Source of the DNA: Amia ocellicauda
Taxonomy: Eukaryota
Assembly: GCF_036373705.1 (NCBI RefSeq)
Contig: NC_089855.1
Coordinates: 18,149,962 to 18,213,961 of the forward strand
Length of the DNA: 64,000 bases
Reading direction: 5' to 3'
The translations under genes were made by a program, and so were the position numbers. Every line of letters starts with the position of its first letter. Position 1 is the stretch's first letter. Shown piece by piece: positions 12,030 to 26,245 of the stretch. Below the pieces are notes generated by a model. The model had not been told where the DNA came from. It did not search any database and saw nothing but the letters and a program-made list of their open reading frames with translations.

Positions 12030-13440
12030 CAGTGGCTATGGGAAGTATTCACCACCCTTGGACTTCACATGTTGTTCATGGGTTCTGATGTACAAAACTT
12101 ATTCCACACTTTTAATGTGGGGGAAAAATTGGGGGGGGGGTGAAAAAACAAATCAATTTTAAAACAAATCTGAGAGGTCTTCATTAGAGAAGTATTCACT
12201 CCCTTTGTTATGAGATTCCTAAATAAACTCAGGTGCAACCTATTGCCTTCAGAATTCACACAATAAGCTTAAAGGAGTCCATCTGTGTACAATAAAAGTG
12301 GTTCACATGATTTCAGATTAAATACACAGGTCTCTGTCACGTCACACATTTGGATAGTATTATCTTTGCTTTGAATGCACTATGAAGATCAAGAGGCTTT
12401 CAAAACAGCTCCAGGTTAAAGTTGTGGAAAGGTACAGGTCAGAGAAGAGATATAAAAAGATTAGTGAATATCCTTTGGAGCACAGTCAAGTTGATCATTA
12501 AGTGGAAAGTATACAGCACCACCCAGAATCTGTTTAGAGCAGGCTGTCCTCCCAACCTGAGCAGCCTGGTAAGAAGGACATTGGTCAGAGAAGCCACCAA
12601 GAGGCCACTGACAACTCTGAAAAACCTACAGCATTCCATGGTTGAGATGGAAGTTGTCAACAATAGCACAGGTACTCTATAGATCTGGCCTTTATGTAAG
12701 AGTGGTAAGAAGGAAACCGTTTCTGAAAAATCCGATGTAAAATCTTGCTATGAATTTGCAAAAAGACATTGGAATAATTTGGCCTAACTGCAAAGCATTA
12801 TGTCTGGTGCAAACCCAACACAGCACCTCCCCCAGATGACACCATCCCTACTGTGAAGCATGGTAGTGGCAGCATCATCATGCTATAGTAATGTTTGCAT
12901 TGGCAGGGTCTGGGAAGCCTGGTAGGGTAGATGGCAAAATGAATGGAGCTATATACAGTCAAAGCCTTGAGGAAAACCTGCAAACGACCCAAGACTGTGA
13001 TGGAGATTCACCTTTCAGCAGGACAATGACTCCATGCAGACAGCCAAGGCAACACTGGAGTGGCTTAAAAACAATAAAGTGAGTGTCCTGGAGTGGCCCA
13101 GTCAAAGCCCAGACTTTAATCTGATTGACAATCTGTTGGAAAACTTGGAAGTTTGCGGTCTACCAATGATCCCCTTGACAGAACTTGAAAAAAGTTGACA
13201 AGAAGAATGGGCGAATGATGCACAATCCAGATGTGCAAACCTGGTAGAGACTCACAGCTGTAACTGTTGTCAAAGGTGGTTCTACCAAGTATTGACTCAG
13301 GCAGGTGAATACTTATCTAACCAAGACCAGAATAATATAAAATGGTAAATGCTGTTAGAATAAATACTCCACCATGTTTTGAACATAGAAAATAACTGAG
13401 GAATTAATATCAATTTTCAAGGTGAATTACAGTGGTAAAC
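12030..13440 (+). mobile_element. Sleeping-Beauty-like Tc1 transposon carrying a pseudogene. The 3' end is degenerate.
   Basis: The 5' TIR is TACAGTGGCTATGGGAAGTATTCACCACC at 12028. ORF 12422..12682 translates to VERYRSEKRYKKISEYPLEHSQVD/...KWKVYSTTQNLFRAGCPPNLSSLVRRTLVREATKRPLTTLKNLQ (the SB N-terminus). Downstream fragments read [12 protein letters not shown].., FQQDNDSMQTAKATLEWLKNNKVSVLEWPSQSPDFNLI and the C-terminal VVKGGSTKY*. A GGTGAATACTT TIR core follows at about 13311. Confidence 0.75.
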
Positions 13441-16404
13441 ACTATCAACAGTTCTCCCAGCAGGGGTTAATTGCCAAGTTATTCACATTCTGTGCGTCTG
13501 AGAGGATTTCGGGCTTGTCTGTTAATTCACACATTAAACCAGGACAATAAAATTGATAAAAGGAAGAACATGTTCCTATAAAATAGCTCAGGTAAAATTA
13601 AAGTATACTATGTCACTGGCCAATCCGTTAAAATCTTCATTTTTTACCCTCTCTCTGGGTAGGTCCCATACCTGTAAAGAGATATTTAAACCATGCAAGC
13701 AGCAAACAGTCACCAAATCAACACTTACAAGAGGATTAGTCAGAACCAAGCAACAAATGCAATTTATTACATGCAGTCTACATCTTACAACTGTGAATAG
13801 AAAAGTATTCACAATGCATGCTAGTTCATGATGGTGAGAATGCAACGAAAAAAATCTGCAAAAATGTGGTCCTCAAGGACAGATATAAAAATACATATTT
13901 TAGATTTTAGTGGTTTATGAATCTATTATATCGTAATCCACAACAAGGTTTATGACAGCCATAAGTGATTGCAGAATAAAGTTTTTTCAACACCTGTTAG
14001 TTGCATGCCACAAAATAACGATGTTCTATATTTGAAAGTATCAAATCTAAAATTTGTATAGGATTTGTACACAGTAAACCTCTCCACGTTCCTTACATTT
14101 TGGGACAAGGACAAGTTTGGTTACAAAACTATTTTCCTCAGAGCTGCAGGGTTACATGAACGGAAATATCGTCTAGAAGATAACACTCAAAACATGACAA
14201 TTCTCTTTCTTCACTCCATGCTTCTCATGCTTTGTGTGCCTTTACGAGTGTATGTCTATCTGATTCACAAAATAAATTATGCCTTTGCAATGCAATGGAT
14301 TTCCTGCATTTTCAGATTACACTCCCATTTTTGTGTGAATATCTATTGTGAAATGATTACTCTGTAATTAAACTAGATCTGTGCAGTGCTAAAGCACCTG
14401 GTACCATAAGGGTGACCATTTTCAGGAACATTAAACAAATTATTCTTATCTGGTTTTCAATTTAAGCTACACAATATAACACGTATGTGTTTAGATTAGT
14501 ATAACACAAGTTTAGATTAGTAATAAAGAAGAGGGTATCTAAAGCTATTTTAGTACTTTATCAAATTATGAGAACATTACTTGAGGGCCTTACTGTAGAA
14601 ACATTTGATAAAGCATAGAGCAATATCACTATGTTGAATATAAATTGTTTCAATTTCATTCATACCAGTAAAAGACATGCTAAAATGTTATTATTAAGAA
14701 AAATATTTAAATGCATTTTAACTCTTCCAGGCAGCATTGCAGTGGCATGGACTGTAATCTAGAAGAATGAAAAGCACTCCATGCAAAGCATGACATTCCG
14801 TTGCAACAAAAAAACATACCGCTTGAAATACGGCTTCTACCAGATGCACCTTTGTTCAGTTCATGGGAGCAACAGTAAAATGTTTAAATGTCCAACGTCT
14901 TTAAAAAAAATATGAAAAATATTTCACTTACTTGAAAGGCATTTGAAGAAACCAGCCCGTCTTGTGTTAGTAACACAAACTGAACTACTCACTACTCAAA
15001 TCCCACAGGGGGCAAAGTGCAGGATTTAAACCGTAACATTGGCCCTTGGACTGTTTTGTGGTTTACATGAATACATTTGTACTGTTGTCATGATCCTCTG
15101 CATTCAAACAGGACTGCCATTTGTTTCCTGAAACAATGTTTCCATCACTCAAGTATCTAGTTCCTTTATTTTGAAACTTCTGCACATTCACAGCTTTTCT
15201 GGGTTGTAAACTCGTGTATCTGGGTCTTCCATTTCATGTCCTTATTACTGCTTATTTTACAGGAAGAAACTCAACAGAAAACTTAAAAAATTTTGCAATC
15301 TGAAAACCTCCTATGAGTGGAGGTGGGGAGGGGACATGTTTTACATACACACAAGCACTGGACATGATGCAGTTTTACCTAATGTCAGAAAGCTTCTTCA
15401 TTATTTTATTAATCTAATCTAAGTAAAACTGATCTTAATTTATCCAGTGAAGTAGGTCAGCCTGGGTCATTTATGTGGAAACTCAAAAGGTACAAAATGA
15501 TGTTTGTTTTTTGTTTTTTTAATTGTAGCATGTCACAAATGAATGTCATCATACACTTACTGAGGAAAACTAAATGTTCAAGTTATAGAAACAAGACCAT
15601 ATGAAAATTCAAACATGAAAATGAACTGAAACAAACACGAACAATTATGGTTGACACACCAGAGATTTAGAGGTTTAACTTTAGTGAAAACCATCATGAA
15701 TCCATTCTAAAATCATGACAGATGTTCATAATGTTACATGGTGGGGTAAAGTAGGAATACAGCATTTAAATTGTATTCCTTTACCCAAACAAAGAAGCAG
15801 TGATTAATACTGCGCTTTCTGTGAGATCAGCAAAGGTCACCTTTCTCCCGAGACCTTTATAAATATTTGATTTGTTGGCTAACTGGTCAGGCAGCTCAGG
15901 TTGCATATGAAATGAATCTATAATCCGAGACTCAACATTACAGAATTTGATCCCTGTACTGTAGACATAAATGTATGTCAATTCTCAAGTAACTCTATAT
16001 AGTAGTTTTTAAATAAAATTACTGAAGTAAGCACAGTGCTTTAAAATAAAAAATAAAAAACATGCACAGATGTAATTAAAATCAGTATCTTTAAGATACT
16101 TAACATGCAAACATACCCCATATCAAGAAAATAAGACATGATATTAATTTAAAGGCACGTTCAAGGTATATTGTCAGCACTTAACCTGAACACTTTTACA
16201 TTGAAAATAGTGTCTTGGCTGATCTCTCTCAGCTGCAACCGGTTTCCAGAACGTCAACAAGAATTCCAGAGACCACTGGGCATACTGTGAAATTGTGGGC
16301 ATCGCCTTCCCACCTGAAAATGTGTTTGGCTCAGTGCCAACCCACAATTTTCTTATCTCCAAGTATCATAGGATAAAGGCCCAAATGAATTATGTAAAAA
16401 AAAA

Positions 16405-16427
16405 ATAATAATAATAATAATAATAAT
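16405..16427. repeat. (AAT)n microsatellite.
   Basis: aataataataataataataat. Confidence 0.9.
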
Positions 16428-16716
16428 GGCATTTCAACCTCGATAGAGGTGGGCAGATACATTCCCAGTTTCATCTGTGATGAGAAAAATACAGATACTG
16501 ATACATCTGTAGATGGCTCTTTAAACAATGCAGAGAATTAAACCAACACTAAAAACTCTGCACTGTAAAATACTGAGCAAAGAAGTCAAAAAAGGTTGCA
16601 GATAAAATATTCAAAGTTTCAACTAAACAGGGGCTTTTGGACCATAAACAAGAATTATAGTCAGAAAGGCTATTTGCTTGTGGCTAAAATAATGTAAAAT
16701 GTACCTACTACAAAAG

Positions 16717-16746
16717 GACACACACAAACACACACACACACACACA
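16717..16746. repeat. (CA)n microsatellite.
   Basis: cacacacaaacacacacacacacacaca. Confidence 0.9.
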
Positions 16747-19700
16747 GATTGTATAGACCATCTATCCAATTTCCCCATTTCTGAGTGACATGTCACAGAA
16801 CTTCATAACACCTGGACTTGCATGGTTAAAAACAAATATTAATATGCATACTTTATTTTTGAAGACATCTTTGGTCTCAATTAAGTGTTTATTTACCATT
16901 TATCAACAAGTCTGGCAACTCGTGTAGGCCAGCAGCTGCAAGTACACCTACCTGAAGCTTCATGGGAAAAAGGGTTAAAACTTGTTCTAAAGCCAAAGAT
17001 TGTGTCATGCATCTCCTCCTTGCTAAATCCTGAAATTGTTTACTTAAAATACAAAAGGCTATCAAAATATTACTGAAACTAATTTCCTAAAAGCCATTTT
17101 TATTAGATTTACATTAGTCAAAAAATTCCAAGTTGCATAAAATGATCCAAATTGACTTAAAGTCATACTCCACATAAACAACTGGAGGACTAAGAGTTCA
17201 GCTTTTGTTGAAGTGTTAGCACATTTCATAAAGCTTATAGCTCGTCTCTGCAGAGGACTCCCAACACCATGGTTCAGTTTAGTGTGGATGGGATGCATCT
17301 TTTTAACATTTTCCTTTTCAAAATCCTGCAATCAATAACCACAAACATCATTCACGTTTGTGGTCCCATAGTACTCTATTAAAAGTAGTAATCTGATAGA
17401 ACCTTAAATACAAGTCCACCAGCCTTAGTTTTAAGAGTCCTAGAAATGCTTCCATCTTCTCTGTAACAAGCCATTGAGATAATATTACCACATAAGAGAA
17501 GGCTGAGAAATTGGCAAGGTAAACAAGGGATCCAGGTTTTAAAATCTTTATTTTAAATAAAATAGATGGGTCCACCCAACAGAACACTAAGTTAATTGAT
17601 TTGTGTGTGAATATTCTTCAAATTCCACATGGCTTTAGTGCCAGTCTCCTTTGGAGTCAACATACATTTTTTGAAAGTTAAACATTTTAACTAGGCCTGC
17701 TGTACAGCAGTTGAACTTGTTTAATCATGTGTATGACATCCAATTCACAATATGTAACTTAAAACTTAAAATGTTTAAAACATCTGCAATAGAAGTTGAA
17801 TGACCTGAAATGTAAGCTTCATGATGAATTAAAGGGTCATCACACCCACACCAAAGTAAAAAATGTAGAGATCCCTAGAATTTTACTTTGAAACTCCTAG
17901 TGATTCAGCATCAGCAACATGTATTGAAAATGTTTTACACCCAACACTGAAGTTTCTCAGTACAATCCCTTAGAGGAGGGTTTAATGTGGCATCTCTCTT
18001 AGTTGCAAGGCAGGGGTAATGTCAATTGTTTTTCTGTTTTTTTAAAAAGAAAAAGAGTCATTATATTGATTAAATACATACAGCAGCTACAAATGATGCG
18101 CTCTAACTTGCTGATCTGTTCAACAAAGAAGAAAAGAAAGCTAAAAGTACCTAAAATCTGGTTGTTTAATAACAATGAAGGGAACAAAATAGTGGACAAA
18201 TTAACCATTCATAAAGACTTCAAGGAGGATAGGGGATTGTGGGAGAAAGCAGACTCCACCATACAGAAAGCCATGGCATAGGAAAAAAAATGTAAACAGT
18301 CTTGACTATGGATAAGTGATCAGACAGTACAACACTGATATATCGAATGCATCCCCTCAGCCTTACATTAATAAAATCAGGTGCGGTCTTAATTTAGGAA
18401 GCCTACAATATCAAGACATATAATAGGCATAAAGATGGTCCGATATATTAGAGCACTTATAACTGGAAATAAATTAATGTATATGCACTGGGTATGTATA
18501 GAAGTTTTATTCAAAATATCATTACCTTTTGTAGAAACCAGTAAACTATCTGTAACAAAATGGACTGAACATGTAAGGTACCGTAGCAGTTATAGCATTG
18601 TTAATCTCACTCACACTACCACTTTGACTTCATAAAGTGGACATTTATTCACTACAGACATACATGACAGCAATTAATTTGAACCCACCTGATGTATACT
18701 GTAACACTACAGTATTTGGCTGACATGACACATTACATAAGCCTTGTTATACTTTTCTTCCCCACAGAATAGGGAAAAGACAAGGTCAAGCCCAAACACT
18801 TGGGGAGTTGCTAATCTCCAATATTCTCTCCATCAATTTAATATAATCAGAACTAAAATGCCTAAAGGGCATAATTGATATGATGCATATAATTTAGAGA
18901 AAGATTACTACCAGGTTATAAAAGTTTTTTTTCTCATTTTATAAAGTAACCAAGGAAGAAACCATGGTATAACTACTTTAAATTTAATGTAAACCTTTGG
19001 ATATTTTTACATTAAAAAACTTTAAATAAACTTAGTTGCCTTTTACAATTTGCTCTGCTCTAAACTTAAATGCTAAGAAATGTAAACTAAAAATCATCCA
19101 GTCACTGTTTAAAACAGTGTCTCAATATTCCACTCTTTTAGTTTATATCTATTGCCTGCTTAGCTTAAGGTAAACACTGCACCCCATGAGGGAAGGCTCA
19201 GTAAATAAGAAAGTTTACAAACGAGAGGAGGCCATTTGACCCATCGTGCTCGTTTGGTGTCCATTAATAACTAAGTGATCCAAGGATACTATCCAGTCTA
19301 TGTAGTGTGGTAATATACAGGATCAAACCCTTTAGAATGTTATTTTTTAAAGAAAGTCTCATCTTCACTTATATTAAACATACATCAGCTGTTTTTAAAC
19401 TGCACAATGTATATAAATTCATAACTTTCAAATTATGTACAGACTACAATAATCTGACTAATAAGCATAAACACAACCATAAGAATTGTACAGTATAGAG
19501 TATTAAATATTCTTGCCGATAAATCTTTTCAGGTGTTTAGGGATCAGCTCCAGGGCTTCCCAAGGTTACACAGTGAACAGTGTTGATGAATCATTGTAAA
19601 CATCACAGCACATACATACACAGGTAACTAGTAAGGTGATCAATTCTAGATGAACAGCAGGAAATTACTGCAATCTTATACAATCTTCATAGCATATAAA

Positions 19701-21107
19701 CAATGCTTAACACTGCTTTCATCCCAGTTTTATAACTTATTTCCACCTATTTTTGGTGTACAAAAAGACCTTCACAATTCAGAGAAGTGAACAAATCCTA
19801 AATAAATAACAGTTGTTTTCCTAGACCTCACTGTTCTATGTCAAAAATGTATTAGACTCAAGACCTCTTTCATTAGTGTCAAAACAAACTGTTGATACAC
19901 ATTACCATTTCCGTGCATATACATTCACAAGGTGACATGTACAGTGATAATTTTTGCAATCAATGCTCTCTCATTTACAATTTTAACTTTCATTGCTATT
20001 TTCACATCCTAAAGGTTTGTAGTATTCCCGGTTTAAAATTTGTTTTAGAAGCTTACTCCTTACCAGTGATTTATTTGGAAGTTCAACTTGAGACCAGATT
20101 TAAGTAAACTGTAAATCCGTACCTTTAATTCTATTTAAATAAAGATAGAATAAAATAAAAAAATTAAGCGGTTTCAGGCATTTCAAAATTCGGTCTCATA
20201 TAAAATTTGATAATTCTGTAAATACGGATGCTATAAAACCACAACCTGAAAAAAAAAACAATACTTAAATTACATTGATAAAGATAGTCTTAAAAACTTT
20301 TCAATTACAATTGCACACAACTAGTGTTTGAAATATGTAGTTTATTAAAGACGTTATGAACCCCTAGAACAATGTTTAATGATTGAAGACAATTACCTTC
20401 CACAGATAAATTAAATCACTATTAAAAATAATGAAAAAATTGCATGCAGGTTTACATGGAAACACTAGCTAATAAAGAAAATACCAATGCATATTTTCAA
20501 TAGGACAATTTAACTAAGCCAGTATAAAAAAAATATATATCACAAATTAAAGGATGAGAAGCATTCTACTCACATGGCACTAAAAAAATCAAAATCAGCC
20601 AGTGCTCCACCCATGCTTTAGATTTAAACTGAAGTCAACTGTTTTTCACAGTGAAAACAACCATCACGCCCAGCACACACATTTTCTTCAAAACTGCTGT
20701 CGATTAACTTTTACACATCTCATTTCAGCCACAATAAAAGTATGGATTTTAAGCAAATGAGTTCTGGTTCAGTTAAAGATGGAAGTCTAGATGAATTACC
20801 AGGTTTCTTTTTCTTTTTTTAATTTCAAGTAAAACACTGTACAAGTTAAAGCAAAAAAAATAAAAAATAAAATAAAATAAAATTACATCCGCATTCGTCA
20901 CTTGCCAACAGAACTGGTCGTCCAATGTGGCTACACTACAAAGGCTGTCATGTTCCTTAGGAAAGTAAGCTACAAATTAGTTTCACAACAAAAGCTTAAA
21001 CTAGCTGCAAAATAAAACAAAGGTAACAGATATATTTAGCAAATGGTGATGAGTTTCTGTCCTTTGAATGAGGAGGTTAGGAATGCTCAACATACAGCTT
21101 GTAAACC

Positions 21108-21293
21108 TCAGTATCTACGACGTTTGTTAGGTCCGTCAAAGTTGCCCCCCTGGTTCCCTCTACCAAAACCACCAGGTCCACCCCCACCAGCAACGGCACC
21201 AACCATCGGTGCCTGTTGAGCTTCAACACCAGGTCTGCCAACCATCGGGGAGCCCATTTGTGGAGGACCACCTTGCGGGAATCTATCATTGCG
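21108..21293 (-). CDS. PSPC1: PSPC1 terminal coding exon. It encodes [61 protein letters not shown]. The 3'UTR continues below 21108.
   Basis: The acceptor is ctatag|cgc. The frame differs from the listed ORF 21077..21289. It ends with the DBHS-family C-terminal NLS ...GPNKRRRY, then TGA (plus 21108-21110 = tca). Candidate poly(A) signals on the minus strand (tttatt on plus) are near 20064, 20341 and 20128. Confidence 0.85.
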   Translation of the reverse strand, partial: RNDRFPQGGPPQMGSPMVGRPGVEAQQAPMVGAVAGGGGPGGFGRGNQGGNFDGPNKRRRY

Positions 21294-23652
21294 CTATAGT
21301 GCGTTCATTTTAAGTACAAACATGCAGTCCGTTGATCGATGTCACGACACCCAGGATAATAATGGGTTAAAAAAATCCCAACATTCCAAGTGTTGCAGTC
21401 AGGAAGGTCGGCAGACGGACAATCCGGCAGTACCAGGAACAAAATGATGAGAAGGAAGAAAGGAGTAATTTTATTAGTTATTTAAATTTTTAGATGTCTG
21501 CTCAATTAGAATGTTTCAATTTAAACTGCTTCTACGTCACTGAAAACTTTACTCTGAGTAATGCTGTCTATTTCAAATTCAAATGCGGCAGTCGAAATAG
21601 GCTGACAAATCATGGTGGGAAAAGGGTGTTAGAAGGGCAGTATTGCATTTAATATTACTGCTTTTGTATTACGATTCATATCAAATCTACAATAGCATGA
21701 CATCAAATTGCAATAAAGATAGTGTAAATAAAAACAAGGAGTGAGTAGTCCTTCAATTAAAGGCTGTTTTTGTGGGGGGTATTTCCTTTCCTTTGTTTGC
21801 AGTACAGTATCACCTTGATCCAGACCACTTTTTCAAGAGTTTCATAGATTGTATGGTTTGAAAAAGTTGAACACCAATGAAGGTCTGCCTTTCTGCTGCC
21901 TTTTACCACCAGTCAGTCATGGATATATAATGAGACTGAAGAGAAGATTCTGCTTGTATAGTACAATGCGGGGGAGGGGGGTCACGAAACACAAAACGTA
22001 CAAAAGAATAGAAAAATATTAAAATATCTGGAAATACATAATCTAATAAAAATTTGTAGGTTAAAGTGCTGTGTTTAATGTCCCAAATCATAGATCCCAA
22101 TACAATTAAAGTTGTTAAACACACAGAAAGGAAAGGATCCTAAAAAGGCAGTGTCAAGTTCAAGGGGAAATGTTTTTGTTTTTTCCTCCAAGTTCCTGAA
22201 GGCTGATTAATTGGTTGAACTTTAAAAGGTAACATGCTATACTCTTGGAAAGGTAATATGTAAAGCACTTTTACTGAAGGGACATCTTTGTATGCATACA
22301 AATACAAGATAATCTCTCCTTAACATTTGATAAATTCATTCAAATGTAATTGTGCTTTTAAATGTTTTTAAATCTGAAGGCTCCCCCACCCACCCTAGGA
22401 CCTTTACAAAAGAGATTAATCAAAATAATCTTTAAATAACAGGCACAAATGTATTTTTTGAAGCAATCCAGTATAGGATAGTGTTGGACGCACAATAATT
22501 ATATGAAGAAATTATAGATTTTTTAACTCGTAATAACCTATAAGTGTGTAGACGATAATACAATTGATTTTAGATGTACATTTAAAGCTGAAGTTCAGAC
22601 GCTCTTCTAGACAATATCATTCCATGACTTACAGTGTTCATTAAACTATACTAATTTATTAGCAATGTATTTTCAAGAATTGATTAACAGAAATTGAGCC
22701 TAAACAAAGATTCCAGTTGTTTATGGAGTGGCTGTCAGATGTTTACACACCCCATCTCAAATCAAATCAGCTGGAATCAGTTCTCGCTTGGCTGAATTAT
22801 TAAATTATACATTTCTTAGCAGATGACTTTATCCAGGCCGACTTACAATTCTTATAACAGATTACATTTTTTGAATAAGTGTTCAACATGGTCTGAACAT
22901 TTTGATAAATATACTTCAAAAGAACCATAAATGGTGTCAATATCTTAAACTACTTGTCTGTTTGTATATACATACATACTTATTAAGATTAGAGTTAGTT
23001 TATATGTAAAGTATGAGAATTGCAAATAATGCAAAATACTATACTATAGTAAAGCAATCATTGGCAATAGGTGTTAAATATACATTTCCTTTATAATTGT
23101 AGAAATACATTAAATGTAAATGAAGGCTATTTAAAGAAAATCAGAAAAAGTAAAACTGAAAACATAACCCCACCCCCCACCCAAATAATTCTTCATGCAG
23201 TTATATGTTGGTTAGCCTTTAACAGAATAATGAAATTGGTATACAGCTACAGCAATATTTGATTACAGTAACAGTCTTCACTATGCTAGCATCAATTACA
23301 AATGTAAAATGTAGAGAACTGTCTAATTTACAAATTTGCAGTACTGCAAGTGAAATCTACAGGAAAATGTTTTGGGAAGGATTTTCTCTTCTCAAAGGTA
23401 GAGTTATCAAGAAATATAAATAGCATAAATATTAAAGGTGATATCATTTTGATTTTGAAAGCACTCCGCTTTGTTTTGCTTTTAGCATGAAAGTACTCTA
23501 AAATCACTCATCCCTCATTCTATTTTTATCATACAGGTGTCAAGTTGTAACCAGACAGATTTCTCTAAAAAGACATACATTCATGCAAAAAATGTTTCCA
23601 GTAAGAGAAAATGAATGATCAGAGTGAGGAAATGATTCCATTAATACATTAC

Positions 23653-23822
23653 CATGGTTCCGTTATCTGGCATCATTGGTGTTCCCATGTTTGGTGCTCC
23701 CTCTGGCCCCATGGCAGGACCAGGTCCCATAGCTGTGCCAGACATTGCTCCTCTGTTGTTCATATTCATACCCATCATTTGAGGGGGGCCTTGGTTACCA
23801 GCAGCTGCTGGGCTATAAGTAT
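23653..23822 (-). CDS. PSPC1: PSPC1 exon 8. It encodes (D)[56 protein letters not shown] (Gly/Pro/Met-rich low-complexity tail).
   Basis: ORF 23641..23835(-) supports it. The acceptor is ttgcgtag|at. The donor is acc atg|gtaatg. It matches the human PSPC1 C-terminal low-complexity region. Confidence 0.85.
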
Positions 23823-26187
23823 CTACGCAAAACAATTTTTCTTTTACTCACGGTCACAGGCTGAAGCAGTATAAAAGTCAAAGTAAAAAGTGCAGGACAA
23901 GCTGTGTTAATCTCCTTTTACTTGATCAATTCGTTTAACCAATGGTGATTATTTGGGACTGCACATTACTCGGCCTGGCGTAAGAGGAAACTAACCCCCA
24001 AGGAATCTATTAATTGAGGAAAGAAACCAGAACAGGGATGCTCCCCAAACACAGCTTCTGCCTCTGTGAAACAGAAATGAACCTCTAAAAGGCAATGCAA
24101 TATTCTCTCAGTTGTACATTACCAGGATTTCCAATGTGTCAGTGTACAAATCACAGACATCTCCCAGCTCAATGCAAACCATTTTCAATACATGTTTTTG
24201 AACATGTTCCTTTTTTTTCTGGTACAATAATTGTGACAAACTCAGTACAACTCTGCTCGTCAGTTTCAGACAAGGCCACTTACATCTGCAAGTGAGCACT
24301 TACACACAGTCAAGTACCTTAATATGGGTCAACATTAAGGTGTCCTTTGACACAACGCAATAAATTACCTATTATCATGCAACATGGAATAATATAGATA
24401 TATATGAATGTATGTACACATACATATATTATATGTAAAATGACAATACAGAATAAAACTGAAAAGCTGCAAACCTATAAGAAATGTAACCGTGAATCAT
24501 CTTTACTTCAGGAAAGATTTTGAATACCACAAATCCTACATAATTATTCCTTATTCCACATAAAACATACAGAAATTGACACCTTTCGGCATATTCTGAC
24601 TAAGTACACTGCAGTGAGATGCATTTTGAAAATTTGTCAGCCACATTGTCTCACAATTAGAACACACTTAGTGATCACATTCTACAGCATGGAATGTAAA
24701 CAGCTTTAAATTATGGTAATGTTGGTTTAGTAAATGTATCAAATAAAATATTGTACACACTTCAGGATTTTATTTACATTTTCAAATAAAATTGGCTGTA
24801 GGAAACTACAACATTAAATACCATTTGAAGCTATTTACACTTTTGTAAAAACTGATGTTCTATAGACAAAGCGAAACCGTTTACATGCTGAACATTCAGA
24901 TTTTCACAGGTATAGAGTATAGAGTATAGAGTAAGTGATAAATGAATAAAACCCAAAGAACTGAGAAAAGTGAGAACTCCATTTGACTAAACATTCAGTT
25001 ATACTAATGTATGAGCATTGTACATTAGTTGCCAAGGCAGATACTCCATAAAGCAGCTCCTTGAAAATGTACCAGTTTAGGGCTTGAAATTAGATTTAAA
25101 TTACAATACAGTACATTAAAATGCAACAAGTTTACTTAAGAAGATACTCCCACAAATTAAGGGTTTGTCTTGGGGTTATCTCAGTAGTGTACTTCACCCA
25201 GGCAGAATGAAGGGATTGAAAATGGATAATCTGACAATACAGACTAACAGCAGAGGTCATAAACTCCTGCTAATACCACACATTAAGAACAAGTCACATG
25301 GGCTAAGCTTTCATAGATTGAAGCACTGCTCATGAGAAAACACTGACACTACTGATATTACATATTCCTACAGGTTAATAATAAATTGTACTTTTCAAGT
25401 AAACTTTATATATAGTTAAAAAAACGAATTTGAGTATACTTTATTAGTAAATGTAATTTAATTTTTTTTTGTTTGTTTTTTAAGCGATTCAAATTAAACA
25501 AGGCACCCAAGAACACATCATCTCCTGCTTTGATGTTAGGAGAGTTTGGGTACAGGTTTAAAGGGATAAGAAGAATACCATTACAACAAATTTGAATGAA
25601 GATTTTTAATTAACATTTGTTTTTAATACGAAGTGTTAAATTACTATGCAACTTTACACAGGAGACCAGATGTAACCACAAGTGAGAAGAAAAAAAAAAA
25701 TCAAAACTAGTCTTAGAACTTCAGTAGGTAATGCAATACCATGTGAAATCAAAGTCCAAGCAAAATAACTGCAGATATCAAATAGTGAAAGACTTCCACT
25801 ATATTTATACTTCAATTCCCAGATAAACATTTATGTACACAAAACCTTTAAATTAAGTATAAACTTGGCATAACGAACCTCAGATAAACCTGCGATTCGT
25901 ATATAGGAGGCTGCTGATGACAGGCACGCAAGCACTGTGGAGGGACCAACCATGCTTGTGCTGAGGCACTATAGCCTGGAACCTCTGGATACAGACAAAA
26001 TGACATTCCTAGTTTCTCCCAGCAAGGTAAGAACAGCTTCTACTGAATAGAAGACCATGGAACACGCTAAACGATATTACAGTTGCATCACTTTTTTTAA
26101 TTGCATATAATGTACAGTCCCAAACACATTGCTTAGCAGATAAAAGAAGCCCAACACAGCTGCCTATTTATGGCTTTATGACCCTAC

Positions 26188-26245
26188 CTCCCATATTTAT
26201 CGCTCCACGTGGACCCATATCACCCACTCTCATTTCCTGTTCTCT
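26188..26245 (-). CDS. PSPC1: PSPC1 exon 7. It encodes [19 protein letters not shown](D) in 58 nt.
   Basis: It lies below the 60-aa cutoff of the ORF track. It was found by back-translating the human segment [22 protein letters not shown]. The acceptor is ttccag|aga. The donor is gga g|gtaggg. The exon is needed to restore the frame between exons 6 and 8. Confidence 0.75.

Noticed and set aside
21077-21289. Listed ORF of 70 aa on the minus strand ([16 protein letters not shown]...).
   Set aside because: It is the wrong frame. The real coding frame here is the overlapping frame that gives RNDRFPQGG...GPNKRRRY* (the PSPC1 terminal exon).
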